Source of the DNA: Eledone cirrhosa | Taxonomy: Eukaryota | Assembly (NCBI GenBank): GCA_964016885.1 | Contig: OZ024758.1 | Span: forward strand, 33,604,001-33,668,000 | Direction of reading: 5' to 3' | Length of the DNA: 64,000 nucleotides | Shown: positions 38,401 through 51,900 of the stretch, one piece after another | Numbering within the stretch: the stretch's first letter is position 1 | Layout: each line of letters begins with the position of its first letter | Made by a program: the position numbers and the translations under genes | The notes under the pieces: generated by a model | The model's input: only the letters and a program-made list of their open reading frames with translations | Told to the model about the DNA's origin: nothing | The model's database searches: none

Positions 38401-39859
38401 TCATTTAAGTTCATGGTACTAGCTGTCAGAAGTAACTCCAATGTTGGTGAGAATTCATTTAAGTTCATGGTATTAGCTGTCAGAAGGAACTCCACTGTTG
38501 GTGAGAATTTATTTAAGTTCATGGTATTAGCTGTCAGAAGTAACTCCATTGTTGGTGAGAATTCATTTAAGTCATGGTACTAGCTGTCAGAAGTAACTCC
38601 ACTGTTGGTGAGAATTCATTTAAGTTCATGGTATTAGTTTGTCAGAAGTAACTCCACTGTTGGTGAGAATTCATTTAAGTCATGGTATTAGTTGTCAGAA
38701 GTAACTCCAATGTTGGTGAGAATTCATTTAAGTTCATGGTACTAGCTGTCAGAAGTAACTCCATTGTTGGTGAGAATTCATTTAAGTTCATGGTACTAGC
38801 TGTCAGAAGTAACTCCACTGTTGGTGAGAATTCATTTAAGTTCATGGTATTAGTTTGTCAGAAGTAACTCCACTGTTGGTGAGAATTCATTTAAGTCATG
38901 GTATTAGTTGTCAGAAGTAACTCCAATGTTGGTGAGAATTCATTTAAGTCATGGTACTAGCTGTCAGAAGTAACTCCAATGTTGGTGAGAATTCATTTAA
39001 GTTCATGGTATTAGTTGTCAGAAGGAACTCCACTGTTGGTGAGAATTCATTTAAGTCATGGTATTAGCTGTCAGAAGTAACTCCAATGTTGGTGAGAATT
39101 CATTTAAGTTCATGGTATTAGCTGTCAGAAGTAACTCCACTGTTGGTGAGAATTCATTTAAGTTCATGGTATTAGCTGTCAGAAGTAACTCCACTGTTGG
39201 TGAGAATTCATTTAAGTTCATGGTACTAGCTGTCAGAAGTAACTCCACTGTTGGTGAGAATTCATTTAAGTTCATGGTATTAGTTTGTCAGAAGTAACTC
39301 CACTGTTGGTGAGAATTCATTTAAGTTCATAGTATTAGCTGTCAGAAGGAACGCCACTGTTGGTGAGAATTCATTTAAGTTCATGGTATTAGCTGTCAGA
39401 AGTAACTCCACTGTTGGTGAGAATTCATTTAAGTTCATGGTACTAGCTGTCAGAAGTAACTCCAATGTTGGTGAGAATTCATTTAAGTTCATGGTATTAG
39501 CTGTCAGAAGGAACTCCACTGTTGGTGAGAATTCATTTAAGTTCATGGTATTAGCTGTCAGAAGTAACTCCATTGTTGGTGAGAATTCATTTAAGTCATG
39601 GTACTAGCTGTCAGAAGTAACTCCACTGTTGGTGAGAATTCATTTAAGTTCATGGTATTAGTTTGTCAGAAGTAACTCCACTGTTGGTGAGAATTCATTT
39701 AAGTCATGGTATTAGTTGTCAGAAGTAACTCCAATGTTGGTGAGAATTCATTTAAGTTCATGGTACTAGCTGTCAGAAGTAACTCCACTGTTGGTGAGAA
39801 TTCATTTAAGTTCATGGTATTAGTTTGTCAGAAGTAACTCCACTGTTGGTGAGAATTCA

Positions 39860-42800
39860 TTAAAGTCATGGTATTAGTTGTCAGAAGTAACTCCAATGTT
39901 GGTGAGAATTCATTTAAGTTCATGGTACTAGCTGTCAGAAGTAACTCCACTGTTGGTGAGAATTCATTTAAGTCATGGTATTAGCTGTCAGAAGTAACTC
40001 CAATGTTGGTGAGAATTCATTTAAGTTCATGGTATTAGCTGTCAGAAGTAACTCCACTGTTGGTGAGAATTCATTTAAGTTCATGGTATTAGCTGTCAGA
40101 AGTAACTCCACTGTTGGTGAGAATTCATTTAAGTTCATGGTATTAGCTGTCAGAAGGAACTCCACTGTTGGTGAGAATTCATTTAAGTTCATGGTACTAG
40201 CTGTCAGAAGTAACTCCACTGTTGGTGAGAATTCATTTAAGTTCATGGTATTAGCTGTCAGAAGTAACTCCACTGTTGGTGAGAATTCATTTATGTTCAT
40301 GGTACTAGTTGTCAGAAGTAACTCCACTGTTGGTGAGAATATATTTAAGTTCATGGTATTAGTTGTCAGAAGTAACTCCACTGTTGGTGAGAATTCATTT
40401 AAGTCATGGTATTAGTTGTCAGAAGTAACTCCAATGTTGGTGAGAATTCATTTAAGTTCATGGTACTAGCTGTCAGAAGTAACTCCACTGTTGGTGAGAA
40501 TTCATTTAAGTTCATGGTATTAGCTGTCAGAAGTAACTCCACTGTTGGTGAGAATTCATTTAAGTCATGGTATTAGCTGTCAGAAGTAACTCCATTGTTG
40601 GTGAGCATTCATTTAAGTCATGGTACTAGCTGTCAGAAGTAACTCCACTGTTGGTGAGAATTCATTTAAGTTCATGGTATTAGCTGTCAGAAGTCACTCC
40701 ACTGTTGGTGAGAATTCATTTAAGTTCATGGTACTAGCTGTCAGAAGTAACTCCACTGTTGGTGAGAATTCATTTAAGTTCATGGTATTAGTTTGTCAGA
40801 AGTAACTCCACTGTTGGTGAGAATTCATTTAAGTCATGGTATTAGTTGTCAGAAGTAACTCCAATGTTGGTGAGAATTCATTTAAGTCATGGTACTAGCT
40901 GTCAGAAGTAACTCCAATGTTGGTGAGAATTCATTTAAGTTCATGGTATTAGCTGTCAGAAGGAACTCCACTGTTGGTGAGAATTCATTTAAGTTCATGG
41001 TATTAGCTGTCAGAAGTAACTCCACTGTTGGTGAGAATTCATTTAAGTTCATGGTACTAGCTGTCAGAAGTAACTCCAATGTTGGTGAGAATTCATTTAA
41101 GTTCATGGTATTAGCTGTCAGAAGTAACTCCACTGTTGGTGAGAATTCATTTAAGTCATGGTATTAGCTGTCAGAAGTAACTCCAATGTTGGTGAGAATT
41201 CATTTAAGTTCATGGTATTAGCTGTCAGAAGTAACTCCACTGTTGGTGAGAATTCATTTAAGTCATGGTATTAGCTGTCAGAAGTAACTCCATTGTTGGT
41301 GAGCATTCATTTAAGTCATGGTACTAGCTGTCAGAAGTAACTCCACTGTTGGTGAGAATTCATTTAAGTTCATGGTATTAGCTGTCAGAAGTCACTCCAC
41401 TGTTGGTGAGAATTCATTTAAGTTCATGGTACTAGCTGTCAGAAGTAACTCCACTGTTGGTGAGAATTCATTTAAGTTCATGGTATTAGTTTGTCAGAAG
41501 TAACTCCACTGTTGGTGAGAATTCATTTAAGTCATGGTATTAGTTGTCAGAAGTAACTCCAATGTTGGTGAGAATTCATTTAAGTCATGGTACTAGCTGT
41601 CAGAAGTAACTCCAATGTTGGTGAGAATTCATTTAAGTTCATGGTATTAGCTGTCAGAAGGAACTCCACTGTTGGTGAGAATTCATTTAAGTTCATGGTA
41701 TTAGCTGTCAGAAGTAACTCCACTGTTGGTGAGAATTCATTTAAGTTCATGGTACTAGCTGTCAGAAGTAACTCCAATGTTGGTGAGAATTCATTTAAGT
41801 TCATGGTATTAGCTGTCAGAAGTAACTCCACTGTTGGTGAGAATTCATTTAAGTTCATAGTATTAGCTGTCAGAAGGAACGCCACTGTTGGTGAGAATTC
41901 ATTTAAGTTCATGGTATTAGCTGTCAGAAGTAACTCCACTGTTGGTGAAAATTCATTTAAGTTCATGGTACTAGCTGTCAGAAGTAACTCCAATGTTGGT
42001 GAGAATTCATTTAAGTTCATGGTATTAGCTGTCAGAAGGAACTCCACTGTTGGTAAGAATTCATTTAAGTTCATGGTATTAGCTGTCAGAAGTAACTCCA
42101 TTGTTGGTGAGAATTCATTTAAGTCATGGTACTAGCTGTCAGAAGTAACTCCACTGTTGGTGAGAATTCATTTAAGTTCATGGTATTAGTTTCTCAGAAG
42201 TAACTCCACTGTTGGTGAGAATTCATTTAAGTCATGGTATTAGTTGTCAGAAGTAACTCCAATGTTGGTGAGAATTCATTTAAGTCATGGTACTAGCTGT
42301 CAGAAGTAACTCCAATGTTGGTGAGAATTCATTTAAGTTCATGGTATTAGCTGTCAGAAGGAACTCCACTGTTGGTGAGAATTCATTTAAGTTCATGGTA
42401 TTAGCTGTCAGAAGTAACTCAACTGTTGGTGAGAATTCATTTAAGTTCATGGTACTAGCTGTCAGAAGTAACTCCAATGTTGGTGAGAATTCATTTAAGT
42501 TCATGGTATTAGCTGTCAGAAGTAACTCCACTGTTGGTGAGAATTCATTTAAGTCATGGTATTAGCTGTCAGAAGTAACTCCAATGTTGGTGAGAATTCA
42601 TTTAAGTTCATGGTATTAGCTGTCAGAAGTAACTCCACTGTTGGTGAGAATTCATTTAAGTTCATGGTATTAGCTGTCAGAAGTAACTCCACTGTTGGTG
42701 AGAATTCATTTAAGTTCATGGTATTAGCTGTCAGAAGGAACTCCACTGTTGGTGAGAATTCATTTAAGTTCATGGTACTAGCTGTCAGAAGTAACTCCAC

Positions 42801-43830
42801 TGTTGGTGAGAATTCATTTAAGTTCATGGTATTAGCTGTCAGAAGTAACTCCACTGTTGGTGAGAATTCATTTATGTTCATGGTACTAGTTGTCAGAAGT
42901 AACTCCACTGTTGGTGAGAATATATTTAAGTTCATGGTATTAGTTGTCAGAAGTAACTCCACTGTTGGTGAGAATTCATTTAAGTCATGGTATTAGTTGT
43001 CAGAAGTAACTCCAATGTTGGTGAGAATTCATTTAAGTTCATGGTACTAGCTGTCAGAAGTAACTCCACTGTTGGTGAGAATTCATTTAAGTTCATGGTA
43101 TTAGCTGTCAGAAGTAACTCCACTGTTGGTGAGAATTCATTTAAGTCATGGTATTAGCTGTCAGAAGTAACTCCATTGTTGGTGAGCATTCATTTAAGTC
43201 ATGGTACTAGCTGTCAGAAGTAACTCCACTGTTGGTGAGAATTCATTTAAGTTCATGGTATTAGCTGTCAGAAGTCACTCCACTGTTGGTGAGAATTCAT
43301 TTAAGTTCATGGTACTAGCTGTCAGAAGTAACTCCACTGTTGGTGAGAATTCATTTAAGTTCATGGTATTAGTTTGTCAGAAGTAACTCCACTGTTGGTG
43401 AGAATTCATTTAAGTCATGGTATTAGTTGTCAGAAGTAACTCCAATGTTGGTGAGAATTCATTTAAGTCATGATACTAGCTGTCAGAAGTAACTCCAATG
43501 TTGGTGAGAATTCATTTAAGTTCATGGTATTAGCTGTCAGAAGGAACTCCACTGTTGGTGAGAATTCATTTAAGTTCATGGTATTAGCTGTCAGAAGTAA
43601 CTCAACTGTTGGTGAGAATTCATTTAAGTTCATGGTACTAGCTGTCAGAAGTAACTCCAATGTTGGTGAGAATTCATTTAAGTTCATGGTATTAGCTGTT
43701 AGAAGTAACTCCACTGTTGGTGAGAATTCATTTAAGTCATGGTATTAGCTGTCAGAAGTAACTCCAATGTTGGTGAGAATTCATTTAAGTTCATGGTATT
43801 AGCTGTCAGAAGTAACTCCACTGTTGGTGA
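39860..43830. repeat. Higher-order duplication, 2,581-bp offset (about 48 monomers)
   Basis: ORFs 39975/42556, 40620/43201 and 40889/43470 are offset by 2581. Confidence 0.75.
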
Positions 43831-44919
43831 GAATTCATTTAAGTTCATGGTATTAGCTGTCAGAAGTAACTCCACTGTTGGTGAGAATTCATTTAAGTTC
43901 ATGGTATTAGCTGTCAGAAGGAACTCCACTGTTGGTGAGAATTCATTTAAGTTCATGGTACTAGCTGTCAGAAGTAACTCCACTGTTGGTGAGAATTCAT
44001 TTAAGTTCATGGTATTAGCTGTCAGAAGTAACTCCACTGTTGGTGAGAATTCATTTAAGTTCATGGTATTAGCTGTCAGAAGGAACTCCAATGTTGGTGA
44101 AAATTCATTTAAGTCATGGTACTAGCTGTCAGAAGTAACTCCACTGTTGGTGAGAATTCATTTAAGTTCATGGTATTAGCTGTCAGAAGGAACGCCACTG
44201 TTGGTGATAATTCATTTAAGTTCATGGTATTAGCTGTCAGAAGTAACTCCACTGTTGGTGAGAATTCATTTAAGTTCATGGTACTAGCTGTCAGAAGTAA
44301 CTCCAATGTTGGTGAGAATTCATTTAAGTTCATGGTATTAGCTGTCAGAAGTAACTCCACTGTTGGTGAGAATTCATTTAAGTTCATGGTATTAGCTGTC
44401 AGAAGTAACTCCACTGTTGGTGAGAATTCATTTATGTTCATGGTACTAGTTGTCAGAAGTAACTCCACTGTTGGTGAGAATATATTTAAGTTCATGGTAT
44501 TAGTTGTCAGAAGTAACTCCACTGTTGGTGAGAATTCATTTAAGTCATGGTATTAGTTGTCAGAAGTAACTCCAATGTTGGTGAGAATTCATTTAAGTTC
44601 ATGGTACTAGCTGTCAGAAGTAACTCCACTGTTGGTGAGAATTCATTTAAGTTCATGGTATTAGCTGTCAGAAGTAACTCCACTGTTGGTGAGCATTCAT
44701 TTAAGTCAGGGTATTAGCTGTCAGAAGTAACTCCATTGTTGGTGAGCATTCATTTAAGTCATTGTACTAGCTGTCAGAAGTAACTCCACTGTTGGTGAGA
44801 ATTCATTTAAGTTCATGGTATTAGCTGTCAGAAGTCACTCCACTGTTGGTGAGAATTCATTTAAGTTCATGGTACTAGCTGTCAGAAGTAACTCCACTGT
44901 TGGTGAGAATTCATTTAAG

Positions 44920-47900
44920 TTCATGGTATTAGTTTGTCAGAAGTAACTCCACTGTTGGTGAGAATTCATTTAAGTCATGGTATTAGCTGTCAGAAGTAAC
45001 TCCAATGTTGGTGAGAATTCATTTAAGTTCATGGTATTAGCTGTCAGAAGTAACTCCACTGTTGGTGAGAATTCATTTAAGTTCATGGTATTAGCTGTCA
45101 GAAGTAACTCCACTGTTGGTGAGAATTCATTTAAGTTCATGGTATTAGCTGTCAGAAGGAACTCCACTGTTGGTGAGAATTCATTTAAGTTCATGGTACT
45201 AGCTGTCAGAAGTAACTCCACTGTTGGTGAGAATTCATTTAAGTCATGGTATTAGCTGTCAGAAGTAACTCCAATGTTGGTGAGAATTCATTTAAGTTCA
45301 TGGTATTAGCTGTCAGAAGTAACTCCACTGTTGGTGAGAATTCATTTAAGTCATGGTATTAGCTGTCAGAAGTAACTCCATTGTTGGTGAGCATTCATTT
45401 AAGTCATGGTACTAGCTGTCAGAAGTAACTCCACTGTTGGTGAGAATTCATTTAAGTTCATGGTATTAGCTGTCAGAAGTCACTCCACTGTTGGTGAGAA
45501 TTCATTTAAGTTCATGGTACTAGCTGTCAGAAGTAACTCCACTGTTGGTGAGAATTCATTTAAGTTCATGGTATTAGTTTTGTCAGAAGTAACTCCACTG
45601 TTGGTGAGAATTCATTTAAGTCATGGTATTAGTTGTCAGAAGTAACTCCAATGTTGGTGAGAATTCATTTAAGTCATGGTACTAGCTGTCAGAAGTAACT
45701 CCAATGTTGGTGAGAATTCATTTAAGTTCATGGTATTAGCTGTCAGAAGGAACTCCACTGTTGGTGAGAATTCATTTAAGTTCATGGTATTAGCTGTCAG
45801 AAGTAACTCCACTGTTGGTGAGAATTCATTTAAGTTCATGGTACTAGCTGTCAGAAGTAACTCCAATGTTGGTGAGAATTCATTTAAGTTCATGGTATTA
45901 GCTGTCAGAAGTAACTCCACTGTTGGTGAGAATTCATTTAAGTCATGGTATTAGCTGTCAGAAGTAACTCCAATGTTGGTGAGAATTCATTTAAGTTCAT
46001 GGTATTAGCTGTCAGAAGTAACTCCACTGTTGGTGAGAATTCATTTAAGTTCATGGTATTAGCTGTCAGAAGTAACTCCACTGTTGGTGAGAATTCATTT
46101 AAGTTCATGGTACTAGCTGTCAGAAGTAACTCCACTGTTGGTGAGAATTCATTTAAGTTCATGGTATTAGTTTGTCAGAAGTAACTCCACTGTTGGTGAG
46201 AATTCATTTAAGTTCATAGTATTAGCTGTCAGAAGGAACGCCACTGTTGGTGAGAATTCATTTAAGTTCATGGTATTAGCTGTCAGAAGTAAATCCACTG
46301 TTGGTGAGAATTCATTTAAGTTCATGGTACTAGCTGTCAGAAGTAACTCCAATGTTGGTGAGAATTCATTTAAGTTCATGGTATTAGCTGTCAGAAGTAA
46401 CTCCACTGTTGGTGAGAATTCATTTAAGTCATGGTATTAGCTGTCAGAAGTAACTCCAATGTTGGTGAGAATTCATTTAAGTTCATGGTATTAGCTCTCA
46501 GAAGTAACTCCACTGTTGGTGAGAATTCATTTAAGTTCATGGTATTAGCTGTCAGAAGTAACTCCACTGTTGGTGAGAATTCATTTAAGTTCATGGTATT
46601 AGCTGTCAGAAGGAACTCCACTGTTGGTGAGAATTCATTTAAGTTCATGGTACTAGCTGTCAGAAGTAACTCCACTGTTGGTGAGAATTCATTTAAGTTC
46701 ATGGTATTAGCTGTCAGAAGTAACTCCACTGTTGGTGAGAATTCATTTAAGTTCATGGTATTAGCTGTCAGAAGGAACTCCAATGTTGGTGAGAATTCAT
46801 TTAAGTCATGGTACTAGCTGTCAGAAGTAACTCCACTGTTGGTGAGAATTCATTTAAGTTCATGGTATTAGCTGTCAGAAGGAACGCCACTGTTGGTGAG
46901 AATTCATTTAAGTTCATGGTAATAGCTGTCAGAAGTAACTCCACTGTTGGTGAGAATTCATTTAAGTTCATGGTACTAGCTGTCAGAAGTAACTCCAATG
47001 TTGGTGAGAATTCATTTAAGTTCATGGTATTAGCTGTCAGAAGGAACTCCACTGTTGGTGAGAATTCATTTAAGTTCATGGTACTAGCTGTCAGAAGTAA
47101 CTCCAATGTTGGTGAGAATTCATTTAAGTTCATGGTATTAGTTTGTCAGAAGTAACTCCACTGTTAGTGAGAATTCATTTAAGTCATGGTATTAGCTGTC
47201 AGAAGTAACTCCAATGTTGGTGAGAATTCATTTAAGTTCATGGTATTAGCTGTCAGAAGTAACTCCACTGTTGGTGAGAATTCATTTAAGTTCATGGTAT
47301 TAGCTGTCAGAAGTAACTCCACTGTTGGTGAGAATTCATTTAAGTTCATGGTATTAGCTGTCAGAAGGAACTCCACTGTTGGTGAGAATTCATTTAAGTT
47401 CATGGTACTAGCTGTCAGAAGTAACTCCACTGTTGGTGAGAATTCATTTAAGTCATGGTATTAGCTGTCAGAAGTAACTCCAATGTTGGTGAGAATTCAT
47501 TTAAGTTCATGGTATTAGCTGTCAGAAGTAACTCCACTGTTGGTGAGAATTCATTTAAGTCATGGTATTAGCTGTCAGAAGTAACTCCATTGTTGGTGAG
47601 CATTCATTTAAGTCATGGTACTAGCTGTCAGAAGTAACTCCACTGTTGGTGAGAATTCATTTAAGTTCATGGTATTAGCTGTCAGAAGTCACTCCACTGT
47701 TGGTGAGAATTCATTTAAGTTCATGGTACTAGCTGTCAGAAGTAACTCCACTGTTGGTGAGAATTCATTTAAGTTCATGGTATTAGTTTGTCAGAAGTAA
47801 CTCCACTGTTGGTGAGAATTCATTTAAGTCATGGTATTAGTTGTCAGAAGTAACTCCAATGTTGGTGAGAATTCATTTAAGTCATGGTACTAGCTGTCAG

Positions 47901-48580
47901 AAGTAACTCCAATGTTGGTGAGAATTCATTTAAGTTCATGGTATTAGCTGTCAGAAGGAACTCCACTGTTGGTGAGAATTCATTTAAGTTCATGGTATTA
48001 GCTGTCAGAAGTAACTCCACTGTTGGTGAGAATTCATTTAAGTTCATGGTACTAGCTGTCAGAAGTAACTCCAATGTTGGTGAGAATTCATTTAAGTTCA
48101 TGGTATTAGCTGTCAGAAGTAACTCCACTGTTGGTGAGAATTCATTTAAGTCATGGTATTAGCTGTCAGAAGTAACTCCAATGTTGGTGAGAATTCATTT
48201 AAGTTCATGGTATTAGCTGTCAGAAGTAACTCCACTGTTGGTGAGAATTCATTTAAGTTCATGGTATTAGCTGTCAGAAGTAACTCCACTGTTGGTGAGA
48301 ATTCATTTAAGTTCATGGTACTAGCTGTCAGAAGTAACTCCACTGTTGGTGAGAATTCATTTAAGTTCATGGTATTAGTTTGTCAGAAGTAACTCCACTG
48401 TTGGTGAGAATTCATTTAAGTTCATAGTATTAGCTGTCAGAAGGAACGCCACTGTTGGTGAGAATTCATTTAAGTTCATGGTATTAGCTGTCAGAAGTAA
48501 CTCCACTGTTGGTGAGAATTCATTTAAGTTCATGGTACTAGCTGTCAGAAGTAACTCCAATGTTGGTGAGAATTCATTTA
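44920..48580. repeat. Higher-order duplication, 2,208-2,209-bp offset (about 41 monomers)
   Basis: ORFs 44977/47186 and 45406/47615 are offset by 2209, then 45676/47884 and 45945/48153 by 2208. An extra T at ~45580 accounts for the 1-bp change. Confidence 0.75.
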
Positions 48581-48959
48581 AGTTCATGGTATTAGCTGTC
48601 AGAAGGAACTTCACTGTTGGTAAGAATTCATTTAAGTTCATGGTATTAGCTGTCAGAAGTAACTCCATTGTTGGTGAGAATTCATTTAAGTCATGGTACT
48701 AGCTGTCAGAAGTAACTCCACTGTTGGTGAGAATTCATTTAAGTTCATGGTATTAGTTTCTCAGAAGTAACTCCACTGTTGGTGAGAATTCATTTAAGTC
48801 ATGGTATTAGTTGTCAGAAGTAACTCCAATGTTGGTGAGAATTCATTTAAGTTCATGGTACTAGCTGTCAGAAGTAACTCCATTGTTGGTGAGAATTCAT
48901 TTAAGTTCATGGTACTAGCTGTCAGAAGTAACTCCACTGTTGGTGAGAATTCATTTAAG

Positions 48960-51900
48960 TTCATGGTATTAGTTTGTCAGAAGTAACTCCACTGTTGGTG
49001 AGAATTCATTTAAGTCATGGTATTAGTTGTCAGAAGTAACTCCAATGTTGGTGAGAATTCATTTAAGTCATGGTACTAGCTGTCAGAAGTAACTCCAATG
49101 TTGGTGAGAATTCATTTAAGTTCATGGTATTAGCTGTCAGAAGGAACTCCACTGTTGGTGAGAATTCATTTAAGTTCATGGTATTAGCTGTCAGAAGTAA
49201 CTCAACTGTTGGTGAGAATTCATTTAAGTTCATGGTACTAGCTGTCAGAAGTAACTCCAATGTTGGTGAGAATTCATTTAAGTTCATGGTATTAGCTGTC
49301 AGAAGTAACTCCACTGTTGGTGAGAATTCATTTAAGTCATGGTATTAGCTGTCAGAAGTAACTCCAATGTTGGTGAGAATTCATTTAAGTTCATGGTATT
49401 AGCTGTCAGAAGTAACTCCACTGTTGGTGAGAATTCATTTAAGTTCATGGTACTAGCTGTCAGAAGTAACTCCACTGTTGGTGAGAATTCATTTAAGTTC
49501 ATGGTATTAGTTTGTCAGAAGTAACTCCACTGTTGGTGAGAATTCATTTAAGTTCATAGTATTAGCTGTCAGAAGGAACGCCACTGTTGGTGAGAATTCA
49601 TTTAAGTTCATGGTATTAGCTGTCAGAAGTAACTCCACTGTTGGTGAGAATTCATTTAAGTTCATGGTACTAGCTGTCAGAAGTAACTCCAATGTTGGTG
49701 AGAATTCATTTAAGTTCATGGTATTAGCTGTCAGAAGTAACTCCACTGTTGGTGAGAATTCATTTAAGTCATGGTATTAGCTGTCAGAAGTAACTCCAAT
49801 GTTGGTGAGAATTCATTTAAGTTCATGGTATTAGCTCTCAGAAGTAACTCCACTGTTGGTGAGAATTCATTTAAGTTCATGGTATTAGCTGTCAGAAGTA
49901 ACTCCAATGTTGGTGAGAATTCATTTAAGTTCATGGTATTAGCTGTCAGAAGTAACTCCACTGTTGGTGAGAATTCATTTAAGTTCATGGTATTAGCTGT
50001 CAGAAGTAACTCCACTGTTGGTGAGAATTCATTTAAGTTCATGGTACTAGCTGTCAGAAGTAACTCCACTGTTGGTGAGAATTCATTTAAGTTCATGGTA
50101 TTAGTTTGTCAGAAGTAACTCCACTGTTGGTGAGAATTCATTTAAGTTCATAGTATTAGCTGTCAGAAGGAACGCCACTGTTGGTGAGAATTCATTTAAG
50201 TTCATGGTATTAGCTGTCAGAAGTAACTCCACTGTTGGTGAGAATTCATTTAAGTTCATGGTACTAGCTGTCAGAAGTAACTCCAATGTTGGTGAGAATT
50301 CATTTAAGTTCATGGTATTAGCTGTCAGAAGTAACTCCACTGTTGGTGAGAATTCATTTAAGTTCATGGTATTAGCTGTCAGAAGTAACTCCACTGTTGG
50401 TGAGAATTCATTTAAGTTCATGGTATTAGCTGTCAGAAGGAACTCCACTGTTGGTGAGAATTCATTTAAGTTCATGGTACTAGCTGTCAGAAGTAACTCC
50501 ACTGTTGGTGAGAATTCATTTAAGTTCATGGTATTAGCTGTCAGAAGGAACTCCACTGTTGGTGAGAATTCATTTAAGTTCATGGTACTAGCTGTCAGAA
50601 GTAACTCCACTGTTGGTGAGAATTCATTTAAGTTCATGGTATTAGCTGTCAGAAGTAACTCCACTGTTGGTGAGAATTCATTTAAGTTCATGGTATTAGC
50701 TGTCAGAAGGAACTCCAATGTTGGTGAGAATTCATTTAAGTCATGGTACTAGCTGTCAGAAGTAACTCCACTGTTGGTGAGAATTCATTTAAGTTCATGG
50801 TATTAGCTGTCAGAAGGAACGCCACTGTTGGTGAGAATTCATTTAAGTTCATGGTAGTAGCTGTCAGAAGTAACTCCACTGTTGGTGAGAATTCATTTAA
50901 GTTCATGGTACTAGCTGTCAGAAGTAACTCCAATGTTGGTGAGAATTCATTTAAGTTCATGGTATTAGCTGTCAGAAGGAACTCCACTGTTGGTGAGAAT
51001 TCATTTAAGTTCATGGTACTAGCTGTCAGAAGTAACTCCAATGTTGGTGAGAATTCATTTAAGTTCATGGTACTAGCTGTCAGAAGTAACTCCACTGTTG
51101 GTGAGAATTCATTTAAGTTCATGGTATTAGCTGTCAGAAGTAACTCCACTGTTGGTGAGCATTCATTTAAGTCAGGGTATTAGCTGTCAGAAGTAACTCC
51201 ATTGTTGGTGAGCATTCATTTAAGTCATGGTACTAGCTGTCAGAAGTAACTCCACTGTTGGTGAGAATTCATTTAAGTTCATGGTACTAGCTGTCAGAAG
51301 TAACTCCACTGTTGGTGAGAATTCATTTAAGTTCATGGTATTAGTTTGTCAGAAGTAACTCCACTGTTGGTGAGAATTCATTTAAGTCATGGTATTAGCT
51401 GTCAGAAGTAACTCCAATGTTGGTGAGAATTCATTTAAGTTCATGGTATTAGCTGTCAGAAGTAACTCCACTGTTGGTGAGAATTCATTTAAGTTCATGG
51501 TATTAGCTGTCAGAAGTAACTCCACTGTTGGTGAGAATTCATTTAAGTTCATGGTATTAGCTGTCAGAAGGAACTCCACTGTTGGTGAGAATTCATTTAA
51601 GTTCATGGTACTAGCTGTCAGAAGTAACTCCACTGTTGGTGAGAATTCATTTAAGTCATGGTATTAGCTGTCAGAAGTAACTCCAATGTTGGTGAGAATT
51701 CATTTAAGTTCATGGTATTAGCTGTCAGAAGTAACTCCACTGTTGGTGAGAATTCATTTAAGTCATGGTATTAGCTGTCAGAAGTAACTCCATTGTTGGT
51801 GAGCATTCATTTAAGTCATGGTACTAGCTGTCAGAAGTAACTCCACTGTTGGTGAGAATTCATTTAAGTTCATGGTATTAGCTGTCAGAAGTCACTCCAC

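Noticed and set aside
42048-42062. Splice-donor-like TG/GTAAGA variant (and GTGAGA in the consensus)
   Set aside because: This is a short motif with no exon context, explained as an amplified point variant.
50101-50718. Resemblance of NEFSP (- strand) and V-ENS (+ strand) to cadherin-repeat motifs
   Set aside because: These are 4-5 residue matches on opposite strands. Cadherin domains are about 110 aa and need acidic Ca-binding motifs such as DxND and LDRE, which are absent.
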